A stretch of 62,955 nucleotides of DNA, filler included, from Basidiobolus meristosporus CBS 931.73 (taxonomy: Eukaryota; Fungi; Basidiobolomycota): the NCBI GenBank assembly GCA_002104905.1. It is 3 parts of 3 records of this genome, joined end to end, with 100 filler letters (N's around TTAATTAATTAA, not from the genome) between each part and the next. Parts side by side here need not be neighbours in the genome. Positions count along the whole stretch, not along the records: positions 1 to 27,386 come from MCFE01000906.1; 2 more parts are not named here. One strand, 5' to 3'. A program made the translations under genes and the position numbers. This document shows, piece after piece, positions 12,625-24,959 of this stretch. Each line of letters opens with the position of its first letter. Position 1 is the stretch's first letter. Under the pieces are notes generated by a model that was not told the origin of the DNA, made no database searches, and worked only from the letters and a program-made list of their open reading frames with translations.

Positions 12625-13720
12625 GTATAGCTAGTATCTGAATTCACTAAAGCCTGAGCTGATTATTATTGATGTTCCAGCAGCTTCTTATAAACATTTT
12701 GCCAGATCAATTGCTGCCTAATTGTATTTCCTGATGTAGGTGAGAGGGTTCTCCTGAATCCCTTTGCTTGTGATACCAGTATATTGATGGTTTAGTATTA
12801 TCAGCAAGTCTTGCAAACTTGAGTCTGTCTCTATGAACTAAATCTTCCCAGATATTCCTTATTTTGTCCACTAATTGGTAAGTTTCAAATTCACATTCTT
12901 GAATGATTTTTAAAGTTTCCGTGCGTTATGGCTCAAACTTCCTCCAAGTATTATTTCTCAGCAATACAAAGTTCCCAGCGGTCAATGATTCTGGTGATAT
13001 AGTTTTATCAAATATCTGCTTCATTTTTTCTGCACATTAAGACACTTTGGCCTGTACCTCTTGATATCTTTGTTCCAGCTGCTGGTATCTACTTGGCTGA
13101 CTGAGCTCATCTTCTATGGCATATATAAGCTTTGGTTGTGTGAGATCTCCTGAAATCCTGGGTTCATATGCATAGAGTGACTAAAATGGTGATTGTTGGA
13201 TGGTGTAATGTACTCTGATTCTGCTTACAAAAGTGCTTGGTCTATACACTGATCCCATCTACTGACAGCTCTATTTGCATACTTGGTCAGCATTTTTCTA
13301 AATAATTTATTAAACCACTCAGTGACTCCATTAGTTCTAGGGTGATATGCCAAGGTTTTCAAGTGTATGATGTGCTGCATTTCCAGGTAAGCTTCTAATG
13401 TTTTTCCCATAAAGTTTGCTCCTCTGTTGGATAGAATCTCTACAGGGCCTCCAAACTTCATAAGAATCTCATGGTATATAAAGCTTGCAACTTCTTGTTC
13501 ACTGGTTACAGTTACTGTGTTGGCCACTGGCCAGTTAGTGGCAAGATCAATTGCTACTAGGATCCAATGGTTGCATTTCCTGGCAGTTGGCAGTCTTCCA
13601 ATAAAGTCAATTCCCCATTTTTCAGGTGGTCTTACAGGCTCCAAGGGAAAGAGTTCAGCAATTCTCTGTGGTTGGCATTGATTGATTTAGCAATTTGGGC
13701 ATGTTTTCATTAGCTTCTTG
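12625..13720 (-). mobile_element. Gypsy family-A integrase plus partial 3' LTR fragment
   Basis: WGIDFIGRLP...LVAIDLATNWP...YHPRTNGVTEWFN integrase core; homologous to 41700-42900. Confidence 0.9.
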
Positions 13721-13729
13721 AGGTCTTAT

Positions 13730-14930
13730 GACATGCGTTGCATTTTAATGGTCTTAAAGTGATCCACAGACACATGCCAATTTATTCTCTTACCAATAAT
13801 TAGAGTGGGAACTTGAGGTATTATTTGAACCAAAAGAAGCTATGATCTCCTGCTTACAAGCCTTTACATATGTGCAAGCTATTTAAAGCTGATATGCTAC
13901 AATTGCCTTAACATTAGGACTTTTCAGTTTGATAATTGTAAAATTGCCATATACCTTTAATTGTTGATAACACTCATCTTTAAAGCATAAGCTTAGTAGC
14001 TGCCACCTCTACCATGAATACCTCTGGGATTTCTGCAAAGAAGCCTTTGGTACTTAACCAATGTATTTATTCTCCCTGCTGTGTGCTTTTCATCCTTACA
14101 GGCATGCTCTGGCTCATGTTTGTGAGAGCTCTACACTGAAAGATGTAAAAGCTGGCTTGTAACCAGCAAACATTTGGCATACATTGGTAAATATACTTTA
14201 AATATGATTAGCTGTTAATTGTATACAACTCATCCTTGCATAACCTGACTTATTAAAATGCACTGTGGGTGCTGAGGTATTCAGTGCAAAAGATATATGT
14301 GTCTCCATTTGGACTTCTGTAGTCAGTATTTCTTACCACTTCCTGGCTGTTCTTAGTATAAAAGCTCCTCACATTCAGAATGGACTTGAAGATTTAATTC
14401 TCAATGTGATTGTGATATGGCAGTCCCTCCAACTTGACTTGTTTACTTATCTTCTCCCCTACCACATAGAAAGCTCCCAAAAGGTGAGGCAATACCTGGT
14501 ATTCTCTACACACCAAGCAAGATGGAGTAGTGATTGGATACAGTGATAGCAGGTATCTAGGAGCCCAGCTTTATTTGTGTTGTATAGCCGCTTAAATCCC
14601 CTTCCTAATTACTTGCAACAAAGCTGCCCGTGTATCAAACTGGTATTTATGATCTGCTTCTTGATTAATATGCCTGCAATGCCTTCATATGACACCCAAT
14701 ACTTCCAATGAGCTTTAGGCACATATTGCTTCCAAAGGCCACTCAAATAAATGTTTATCCTATTCATCTAGTCCTTGTATTTTTATAGTTTGCATATGCA
14801 TATGAATATTAACTGGAGCTCATGAGAGATACTCTGGGTGGTGAATATACAGTACCACTCTGCTGATTCTCTCAAAGATCTTTGGTATCTCCAAGAGCTG
14901 ATTTGGCCTAGAATCCCCTGTACACAACTT
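13730..14930 (-). mobile_element. CACTA transposase remnant (C-terminal half)
   Basis: Colinear homology with 25150-26420. Confidence 0.7.
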
Positions 14931-14959
14931 TGGCATTGGCCCAGGGATATTGATCTAGG

Positions 14960-15460
14960 ATCATCAGAGAATGCCCATTGGAACTTACCAACTAGTGGAC
15001 AAGCAAGGTAACATCAGGGAAGATTTAGTTCATAGAGACAGACTCAAGCCTACAAAACTTACTGGCAAAACTGAACCATCAAGATGGTAGTATCATGAGA
15101 AAAGAGATTCAGGTGAACCCTCTGAACTCTGGTAGGAGAGAATGTTATGATCTACTGATTAAATGCTTAGGTTGGATCAGCTTTTTAGTCCAATCAATAA
15201 TCTTTATGTTCAGCCTATCAATATAGCATTGTTATTTATCAAATCAGTAGTATTGGTTAGCATATAAGTTAGCAGATTGTTATTGGACAATGATAGGTAT
15301 ATTGAGTAGGATCTAATTTAGTGAAGATGATGCAATCAAATGAGTCAGCAGCCACTACCTACATTAGGAAATACAACCAGTGAGCAATTGATCTGGCAAA
15401 ATATATATAAGGAGCTGCTGGAACCTTGTTGAAAATCAGTTCCAGTTATAGTGAATGCAA
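14960..15460 (+). mobile_element. Gypsy-A 3' end: integrase tail, PPT and LTR from 15143 (truncated)
   Basis: LVHRDRLK...TEPSRW tail, GGTAGGAGAGAA PPT, then TGTTATGATCTAC. Confidence 0.85.
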
Positions 15461-15464
15461 TAGC

Positions 15465-16800
15465 AAATTACCCATGCCAACTTAACTCATCCACAGCTTT
15501 TGTGCAAAGAGTTTGTGAGAGGACTTGTGTGGCTAAACTACAAACATAAAGCTGCACATGTACATCTCTGCAGCTACTGTATTCATTTGCTACTCCATCA
15601 TGCTTGGTGTGCTGATAATATTGGACTTTGCTACATCTTTTGGAGTTTCCTATGGAGTTTATGTGTGGGAAGAAAGGAAAATGAGTCAAGTTACAGGTAT
15701 TGCCATATCTCAATTTCATCAGAAAAACTACTTTCAAGTCTGTGATGGATGTGATGAGTTGGCACATGCAGGACAGCTAGGAAGAGTTAGAAAATACTGA
15801 GGAATGATGTGTACATGGAGATACATATGCCAATGGCATTGAAAAGCTAAGCAGCCTCAATGCATGAGTAATCAGTTGAGTGATGCAAAGTTGGGTTGGG
15901 TACAACAACCAATTAATTTCATCAGGAAGACATTACAAAAGTATACTGGTTTCTCTTGGTCACAGGCCCATTTCTGTACCATTCAATATGGAACTCACAC
16001 AAACAAGAGCTAGAGCACACCTGTAAGAGAGACTAAAACCTAATAGGAGAAGGAACATATTGACTAAATACTGAGTAGTTCTTTGCAGATATTCAGGAGG
16101 TATTCATGGCAGAAGTGGCTGTAACCAAGCATATGTATACAAGATGTATATGTCACCAGCAATACAAGTTATATAGCAACTTTGCAAGTATCCCACTAAA
16201 ATGCTGGAAAGTTGAGGTGATAGAAGTATGTCAATTGCGGTAGGTGTGTGCATTTGTACTGGTTAGTAAGCAGGGGGCCATAATATTGTTTCATTCAGAC
16301 TATATGGGGTATGCCCAGGGCAGTAGTGGGCAAGCAAATAAAGAGGGGTGATTCTACAGTGGAATATACAAAGTGCACAAGTGGAGGTAGTAAAGGAAAT
16401 ACTGTTTGGTGAATTGGTACAGTAGCACTCAACCAAACTAGCTGTAGACCACCACACTATCAAAATAGCACCATTGGAGGCTCACAAAGAGGTCATCTAA
16501 ACACTGCTAAGTCTTTTGCCATATAAGGCAATTAGGGTCAGATCCACTTGAATGGATATAGAGCACACTAAGATTGCAACAATACCATACTACCCTTAAC
16601 AAATATAGTACAAACACTATTATGTTTTCAACTTTATTTGGCTGTAAAATTAGCCAAACAATGTTGTGATCCTATTGCAAGATTGTGTATGTGGTCATTA
16701 ATACCAAGCTGCAGGCTTTATTGAGGTTTCTCAGCAGGATCTTGACAGCTGATCTGGATTGGATCCACCCAAGGGACCAAGTAATTTTTCATAGGGGAAA
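15465..16800 (+). mobile_element. CACTA transposase remnant (C-terminal half and 3' region)
   Basis: CKEFVRGLVWLNYKH...IHLLLHHAWCADNIGLCYIFWSF matches the DUF4218-like segment of CACTA transposases. Confidence 0.75.
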
Positions 16801-18299
16801 GTTTTGGTAAGCTTTAACTATACTTTCTGATCAAGTTGACTTAGTAAGCACCAAGAGACTGGTTTAACTGAAATCAGTTTGTGTGCTATTAGGTGCATAA
16901 GATGAGTGAGTATTGCATCATCAATCAGCTGATTTCTTGATAACTGCTAAGTGGTTAGATAGATCTCCAATGACTGATCCCTTGGAAAGGCCTAGCATAT
17001 CAGTTGAGGACATAATGACTGCATGAAAGTTGGTCATGTATGCAAGCTAAAAATAGTTTCTGAGAAGAGAAGAAATAAAGAATAACAGGATTAGTATTGT
17101 TGGGGTTAGGGAAAACTGGTTATGGTACTAGATTTTGTGACAGTGCAAAAATGGCAAAGTTTCAAGTGTTGATGCACAACACCCTTATGCAGTGATATAA
17201 TTTTTGTGCGCTCTTTTTTTGAGGTATTGTTGCTATATTTCAAAAACACACCAGTGTTCCTCTGCAGTTATATTGGGAATTAGCTCAATTCTTGGCTTTC
17301 ACTTTGAGCTACTTGAATTTTTTCCTTGCAGCACGGATGCAGTGCTCCTTACCAGGAATATTGATTGCTATACATGGATTATCTGCTCATCCTATCTCTG
17401 GACTGCTTCCTGACTTCTCAGGGCCATTGCATCCATCCCATTAGCCACTGCACCTAATTGCCACACTAGATCTTTGGTGTGAGCTGACAACATACTTGCT
17501 GAATAATGGTAGCAGTGCTGTTATAACAGTCATTTGCTGGTCCTCCACCAGAGGCACAGTGTTAGCCACAATCTAATCTGTCTGCAAATTGCGGCCAGCT
17601 TGTATCTCCACAGACATTGATTAAGTGACTACCAGACTGAGAGCCTGAGCAGTCCACGTTATTACCACCAGTGCTCATACAGCCAACATGGTCTTTTTTG
17701 CATATAGCCCTGCTAATTGCATTAAATGTCAGAGCAAGCTGTTGTCCAACCTTTTTTCTGCTATTTTCAGTGGTGTGGCTTTGGTTGGGGACCATCAAAC
17801 TTTGCATTATTTTTTGGGGGTATATGTATATGAGTGAGTCAAGCTATAAGGAAAATATTGCTACTTGTATGTAAATATGTGGTGCCATACCTTCTCATAA
17901 TACTTACTTTATTAGGTTTTCATTGAATCTTACGTTCATGAAGGTGTATTGTCTCAAATATAAGACTGTCTTGAAATCATAGAAGTACTGACAAAAAGTT
18001 ACATATGAGCATTATGTTGTTCAGTGTCAAGCAGTTGGCCCCATGGACAAGACTTCTTTAATTAAATGCTGTAAGAGAAGGGAAAAGCAACCATATGGCT
18101 ATTGTAACATGCCTCTCAGCCATGAAGCACACATACTGCATAATAAGTATCATAACAGTCATGGTCAGTGTTTTCCCAAACAAGTCATATTTCAACATTC
18201 ATCCATCTTTGCTGTACCAACAATATCTTGGCAGCCACTTGATACTTTGATAATGGCCCCTAGCTGTACTGGTCACATTGTGTAAGTCAATTAAGGAGA

Positions 18300-20272
18300 G
18301 TTTATGATATATTTGGGCTCACCTCAGCTTTCTGTAGGAGTATTTGTCCAGAAGCAGATCACCAATGCCAACTTGACACTTTGACAGCTTTCATGCAAGG
18401 AGTTTGTGATGAGACTTGTTCAGCTATACTATATGGATAGAGCTGAATATGTAGATCTCTACCACTACTGCATCCATGTTTTACTCCATCTTGCTTTGTG
18501 AGTAGAGAATATTGTACCTTGTTTTTCCTTTTGGGAGTTTCCTGTAGGGCAGATGTATGGGGAGATAGGAAGATATGTTAACTTGCAAGTACTACTATAC
18601 CCCAATCTCATCAAGAGTATAACCGTCAAGTCTGTCATGGATGTGATGAGTTTTCACATAGAGGACAGCTGGGACAAGTTGGAAAGTATTGCGGAGAGCT
18701 GTGCATATGGAAACATCTAGGCCTTTAGCATTAAGAAGCAAAGCAGCCCCAATATGTGGGTTTCAGTTATGCAATGCAAAGCTGGGTAGGACACAACAAG
18801 CAACTAGATCTTACTAGGATAACTATATCAAAGTATTCTGAGTTTCTGTTGAGCACAAGCTGATTTCTTTACCTTTCAGTACAGATTTCATACAAACAAG
18901 AATCACATTGTATGTGCAAAGGGGACTAGAGTCCAGTAGGGAGAAGGAATATGTTGGATAAGCACTAAGAAGTATTTTGCAGTTATTCAAGAAGTATTCA
19001 AGGCAAAAGTGGTGGCAACCAAGCAGATGTTTGCCAGATGTATATGTTGCCTGTAATACAAGGTGTTTGGCAACTTTGCAAGTATCACACTAAAAACCAT
19101 AAGTTGAGGTAATAGTAGTGTGTCAATTGCGGCAGCTGTGTATGTTAGTACAGGCTAGTCAGCAGGAGGCCAAGTTTTTATCAATTCAACCTATGTGTAG
19201 GATACCAAGGTAGTAGTAGGTAGCAAAAAAACTGGGGTGATTCCATAAGGGTATATATGATTGCTGCAAGGGGAGGTAGCAAAAGTAAATAGCAAATGGT
19301 AGATTGGTACAGTGGCATTATATTGTGCTAGCTGTAGGCCACTGTACTGCCATTATAATACCAACAGATGTCCAAAATAAGGCCATCAATATACTGTAAA
19401 GTTTTTCTCCATACAGAGCATTTGCATATACTAGTCAACTGGAACCACTCAAACAAGTGTAAGCCACCACAGAACTGTGTAACTGCCATCAAAATCCCAT
19501 TGGAGGACTTGCTGTGAGCACATGACTTGCCCAAATCAAGTTGGTGAAGATATCCCAGTTCCTTTTAGAAAGTTCTACAACATTCAAGCAACTCCTGGAA
19601 AGCTTGAAGTCAATTTTACACAACAGAAAACTCTATGGAGGCTTACCTTTGTAATTTATGTTGCTCAATACCATATGTGATAGTTGCATGTCACATGACC
19701 TAGTTATATGTCAAGATGAATCTTGGCATATCCCCATGTGATGTTTTAGTCTGTTCTTTAGCATATTTCCATCTTGGCACACTTAATGTGCCTCACTCCA
19801 GAACCCCATCAGTATTAGCCAATATCTCTCTGCATCCATATTGCCAAAAACTATATATAGTTCTATCCCCCCTTATTTATTCCTCAGTCTGATAAGCACA
19901 GATCTGGAATAAACAGCCTTGTCTTGGAAATCACCTTGCCTTGTTGATGCATACCTAAGTCTTTCCTGGTACTGCCTTGCCAAGCTGTACTCGCCTGCCT
20001 TGTATCTATTCATAACAGGACTGTTTTAATACCACTCAGCTTATTTACATATTGAGCAGTAGATTTGGCAAAACACTGATATGATCTTGTCATAAAATTT
20101 AAGAAGGGTTAATAATTCCCAGCCACAGGCATCTAGATGGCCCCATGGTGGGATCATCATGGTTGATCTGGATTGGATCTACCTGTGGGACCAAATTATT
20201 TCTCATAGGGGTAAGATTCAATGATCACCTGCCCTAGAAATCATTCTAAATATAGCTGTAGCATTACATACA
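18300..20272 (+). mobile_element. CACTA transposase remnant (C-terminal half and 3' region), cut by the Gypsy element at 20273
   Basis: Colinear with 15465-16800 and with the reverse complement of 24960-26200; 20165-20215 matches 16745-16800. Confidence 0.7.
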
Positions 20273-23200
20273 TGTTATGATCTACTGCTTGAATGTTTAA
20301 GTTTGATCAGCTTTTAGTCAAATCAATTAGTTATATGTCTAGCTTATCAGTATGTCAGTATTATCTATCAAATCAGTAGCATTAGTTGGCAAAAGAATCA
20401 GTAGATCCTTATCAGACAGGATTAGATATAATAGGTAGGATCTTATTGGGTGATGATGATGCAATCAAATGAGTCATCAGCCACAGCATACATTAGGAAA
20501 TACAATTAGTCAGAAATTGATCTGGCAAAATGTATATAAGGAGCTGCCGGAACCTCAATCAAAATCAGTTCAAGTTTCAGTGAATACAATACTAGCTAAA
20601 CTCTTTATTCCTCTAGAACTCTCATACCAAGACTTGTAACATTGGTATCAGCAATAGCCAGTAACCTCCCTCCTGAAAAAAGAAGAAGCCTCCCTTAGGA
20701 TGTCCAAAATCTAGAATGGAAAAATGCTATGCAACAAATCCTGGCCCAGCAGCAACAGTTACTCCAGATCCTTAGCAAGCAGCAACAAGGAATGACTATC
20801 ATGGCCCAAAGACAGCAAAACCCTGTCAAGAGCAACTTTAATGTGAAGGTCAACTGGTACCATGGTAGAGTTAATGAAAACCTGGGAACTTGGCTCTTCC
20901 AGATTGAAGAAGCTTTCTAGGCAAAGGGAATTGCTCCAGAAAGCAAGTTACATTATGCAGCCTCTTACCTGGCAGATGCAGCTTTAGAGTGGTACCACAA
21001 CAAGATCAGGTCAACCACCATGATGGGTTGCTCTACAATCCCTACCTGGGATGCGTTTATGTTGGAAATTCAGGATACTGCTGAACCCCCTCACCAACAG
21101 ACATTACTCAGAAGAAAGTTGAAGACACTCAGACAGAAAGGAAAGGTCCAAAAGTACATCTATGAATATAGATGTCTACTTGGACAAATTGCAAGAATGG
21201 ACCCTCTGGATCAAGTTGAATACCGCATTGATGGGTTGAAAGTAAGAACACGTAAGGAGGTGAATTATCTAAGACCTCCGACTATTGAAGTAGCCATCAA
21301 GATTGCCATTGACTATGGCTCAGCTATGTTTGGAATTGGGAAGCCCACAATGACTAATCAGAGAGGCTACAATCACCATGAAAGAAGACAATTAGAAGCA
21401 GTGCCAGTGGAAATAGATGCTATGCAGAAGGATCCTACCTCAGAAGAATGTAAGAAGAAAGGACCTTGCTTAAATTGCCACCAGCAGAGACATATTGCAA
21501 AGTACTGCCCTCAAAGAAGAAATGGACACCAGACATTGAGAGCCTTTAACCATATTGAAGCCCTGGAGCATAGTAACATGGAGGATGAGCTTGAAGAAGA
21601 CTTAGAATTCACCTTCTATACAGGAGAAGAATACATATCCCAGTTGACCTCAAACTCAGGAAAGCTATTATACTTGAATGGAGTAATCAATGGAGTACCT
21701 GCCAAGATCATGATTGACTCAGGAGCTTTGCATGAGTACATGTCAGAGCAATTTGCTTTCGAAGCTGGAATCAACCTGGAACCTACCAAATCTACTTCAG
21801 TCTCAACAGCTGATGGGAACTCTTGCATAATCAACCATATTACTCAGCCAGTAAGGATGAGATCAATGCCTATGAAGAAGACCTACAGGCTTATATATTT
21901 GGGAACTGCAAGTTTGACCTTGTATTTGGGACAACCTGGCTATTTTGTTGGAATCCATCAATCAACTGGAGAGCCCATGCCACCCAGATCTGGAAGGACA
22001 ACAAGACCTATGAGCTATTACCTGCCAGACTGGATTTTAACTTGGTCAATTCCAGTGTGGGTGAAACAATGAACTTAGCAAGACACAGTTCTGTAGAGCA
22101 CTAAGAAAAGGCACCCAGATGTTCCTCATGGCAGTATTACAGGAGGATTCCTCTACTCCAATACCCCAGAAGGTCTAGACTCCTTTGAAGAAATATTCAG
22201 GCATATTTCCAGTTGAGCTTGTAAACCTACCACCAGTCAGAGATGTGGATCATGCCATTGCAATAGGAGATAGCCCTCTAGTGAGTAAGACACCTTATAG
22301 AATGAGTCCAATGGAGTTGGAAGAGATGAAGAGACAAGTAGATCAGTTACTGGAGCAAAGATATGTCAGGCCCAGCAAGTCACCTTGGGGAGCACCAGTA
22401 TGTTTTGTAAAGAGCAAAGATGGAACACTTAGGATGTGCATTGACTACAGAGCCCTCAACTCAGTTACCATGAAGAATAAGTACCCCATACCTTGGATTG
22501 ATGAGCTTTTGGACCAACCCAATGGAGCCACTATTTTCAGCAAGATTGACCTCATGTCAGGATACAACCAGATTAGGGTAAAGCCAGAAGACATCCCTAA
22601 GACAGCATTCAGGACCAGATATGAGCATTACAAGTACTTAGTCATGAGTTTTGGCCTCACCAATGCCCCTGCAACATTCATGACTCTGATGCAGACTGTC
22701 TTCCAGGAGTACTTTGACAAGTTTGTGATAATCTACGTAGATGGGATATTGATATACAGCAAGACAGAAAAGGATTACATGATGCACATTGAAAAGGTCT
22801 TGAAGAAGCTTAGAGAGAACAAACTAAATGGCAAGCTAGCCAAGTGTGAGCTCCTCAAGGAACATGTTGAATATCTGGGACACATAGAGACTAGAACAGC
22901 AGTGACTTTAGACGCTAAGAAGGTTGAAGTTATCAAGAATCTGAAGCAGCCCCATAGCTTATCAGAGCTCATATCATTCCTTGGAATGGTTTCCTATTAT
23001 TGGAAACATGTAAAGTCCTTTGCAAGTACTGCAGCCCCTTTAACTGATACCCTCAAGAAAGACAATACCTACAAGTGGGACATAGCTTGTGAGAATGCCT
23101 TCCAGATGCTCAAGAATGAACTTGCCAAGCTGCTAAGCTTAAGAATACCTGATTTCAGAAAAGAGCTTACTCTGTGCACAGATGCTTCAGATTATGCAAT

Positions 23201-24959
23201 TGGTAGAGTGTTGAGCCACAAACATAAGGGAAAGGACTACCCAGTTGCCTTTGAATCCAAGAAACTGAACTCAGCAGAACAAAACTATCCAGTGCACAAG
23301 AAGGAGATGCTTGCTATAATACACTGTTTGAAGACATGGAGATGCTATATTGAAGGAGTCAAATGCACTGTCAACACTGATCATGCCTCCCTCAAGTATA
23401 TATTTGCTCAGAAGGTACTCTCTAAAAGAATGACAAGATAGAGTGAATACATTCAGCAATTTGATTTGGAGATTGTCTACTGCCCTGGGAAAAACAACAT
23501 GGTTGCTAATGCCTTATCAAGATTAGAACATGTTGCACAACTCAACTTGGTGCATGAATCAGATTGGCCTAGCCTATTACCAAAGTACTTGGAGGACCAA
23601 GCCCATCTTAATGAGGTGGATGAAGATATCAAGAAGATAATCTGGGATGAAGCCAGCAAACTTGTAGTAGAGGATGAAACACTCTACCAACTTCTATGGA
23701 CATCTTGGTATTGCAGGAACCTATAGCCTTGTGAAAGCCAGAGCTTGGTGGCCCTGAATGAAACATCACATTGAGAAGTTAGTGAAAACATGCCCAAATT
23801 GCCAAATCAACCAAGGCCAACCACAGAGAACTGCTAAACTCTTTCCCTTGGAGCCTGTAAAACCATTTGAAAGATGGGGAAATGACTTTACTGGAAGACT
23901 GCCAACAACCGGGAAATGCAACCGTTGGATCCTAGTAGCAATTGACCATGCCACTAAATGGCCAGTGGCTAAAGCTGTACCTATAGCCAGTGAACAAGAA
24001 GTTACAAGCTTTATATACCATGAGATCCTTACAAAGCTTGGATGCCCTGTAGAGATTCTATCCAATTGAGCAGCAAACTCTATGGCAAAGACATTGGAAG
24101 CTTACCTGGAAATGCAGCAGATCAAACACTTGAAAACCTTTACATATCACCCCAGAACTAATGGAGTCACTGAGTGCTTTAATGTATTATTTGGAAAAAT
24201 GCTCACCAAGTATGCAAATGAAGCTGTCAGTTAACGGGATGAGTAATAAAGATGTCAAGAGGCATAGGCCAAAGTATCTCAAAGTGCAGAAAAGATGAAG
24301 CAGAGATCTGATAAGACTATAGCACCAGAAGCATTGACATATGGGATCTTTGTATTGCTAAGAAATAACACTTGGAAGAAGTTTGAGCCACAATGGACAG
24401 GAACATTCAAGATCATCAGAGAATGTCCATTTGCTACCTACCAACTAGTGGACAAACAAAGCAATATCTGGGAAGACTTAGTGCATAGGGACAGACTCAA
24501 GCTTGCAAGACTTGCTGATAATACTGAACCATCAAGATATTGATATCACAAGAGATTCAGGAGAACCCTCTCAACTTTAGTAGGGGAGATTGTTATGATC
24601 TACAGCTTGAATGTTTAAGTTAGATCAGCTTTTAGTCAAATTAATTAGTTTTATGCTTAGCTTTGCAGTATATCAGCGTTATTTATTAAATCAGTAGTAT
24701 TAGTAAGCAAATGAATCAACAGATCCTTATCATACAGAACTAGATATATTAAATAGGATCCTATTGGGTGATGATGATGCAATCAAATGAGTCAGCAGCC
24801 ACAGCCTACATTAGGAAATACAATTAGTCAGCAATTGATCTGGCAAAATGTATATAAGGAGCTGCTGGAACCTCAATAAAAATCAGTTCAAGTTTTAGTG
24901 AATACAATACTAGCTAAACTCTCTATTCCTCTACAACTCTAATACCAAGACTTGTAACA
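20273..24959 (+). mobile_element. Ty3/gypsy LTR retrotransposon, family A, two-LTR copy, defective
   Basis: LTRs 20273-20641 and 24591-24959 (TGTTATGA...TTGTAACA), PBS-like TGGTATCAGC, PPT TAGGGGAGAT; gag with zinc-knuckle remnant, protease MIDSGA, RT CIDYRALN/YVDG, RNase H TDAS, integrase with a GPF-type tail. No TSD. Confidence 0.95.
20700..24590 (+). pseudogene. Gypsy-A gag-pol pseudogene
   Basis: ORF-track pieces 20729-20920, 21020-22072, 22185-23441, 23466-23726, 23758-24069 and 24295-24543; deletions near 23700 and 24245 relative to the 41.9-43.7 kb copy. Confidence 0.9.

Noticed and set aside
17400-17460. Short similarity (ACTTCTCAGGGC) to 33003-33020
   Set aside because: The 33 kb site is Gypsy-A gag and the match does not extend, so it is probably chance.
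24480-24590. Chromodomain at the end of the Gypsy-A integrase
   Set aside because: The integrase ends shortly after the GPF region and is followed directly by the PPT (also at 41883-41950).
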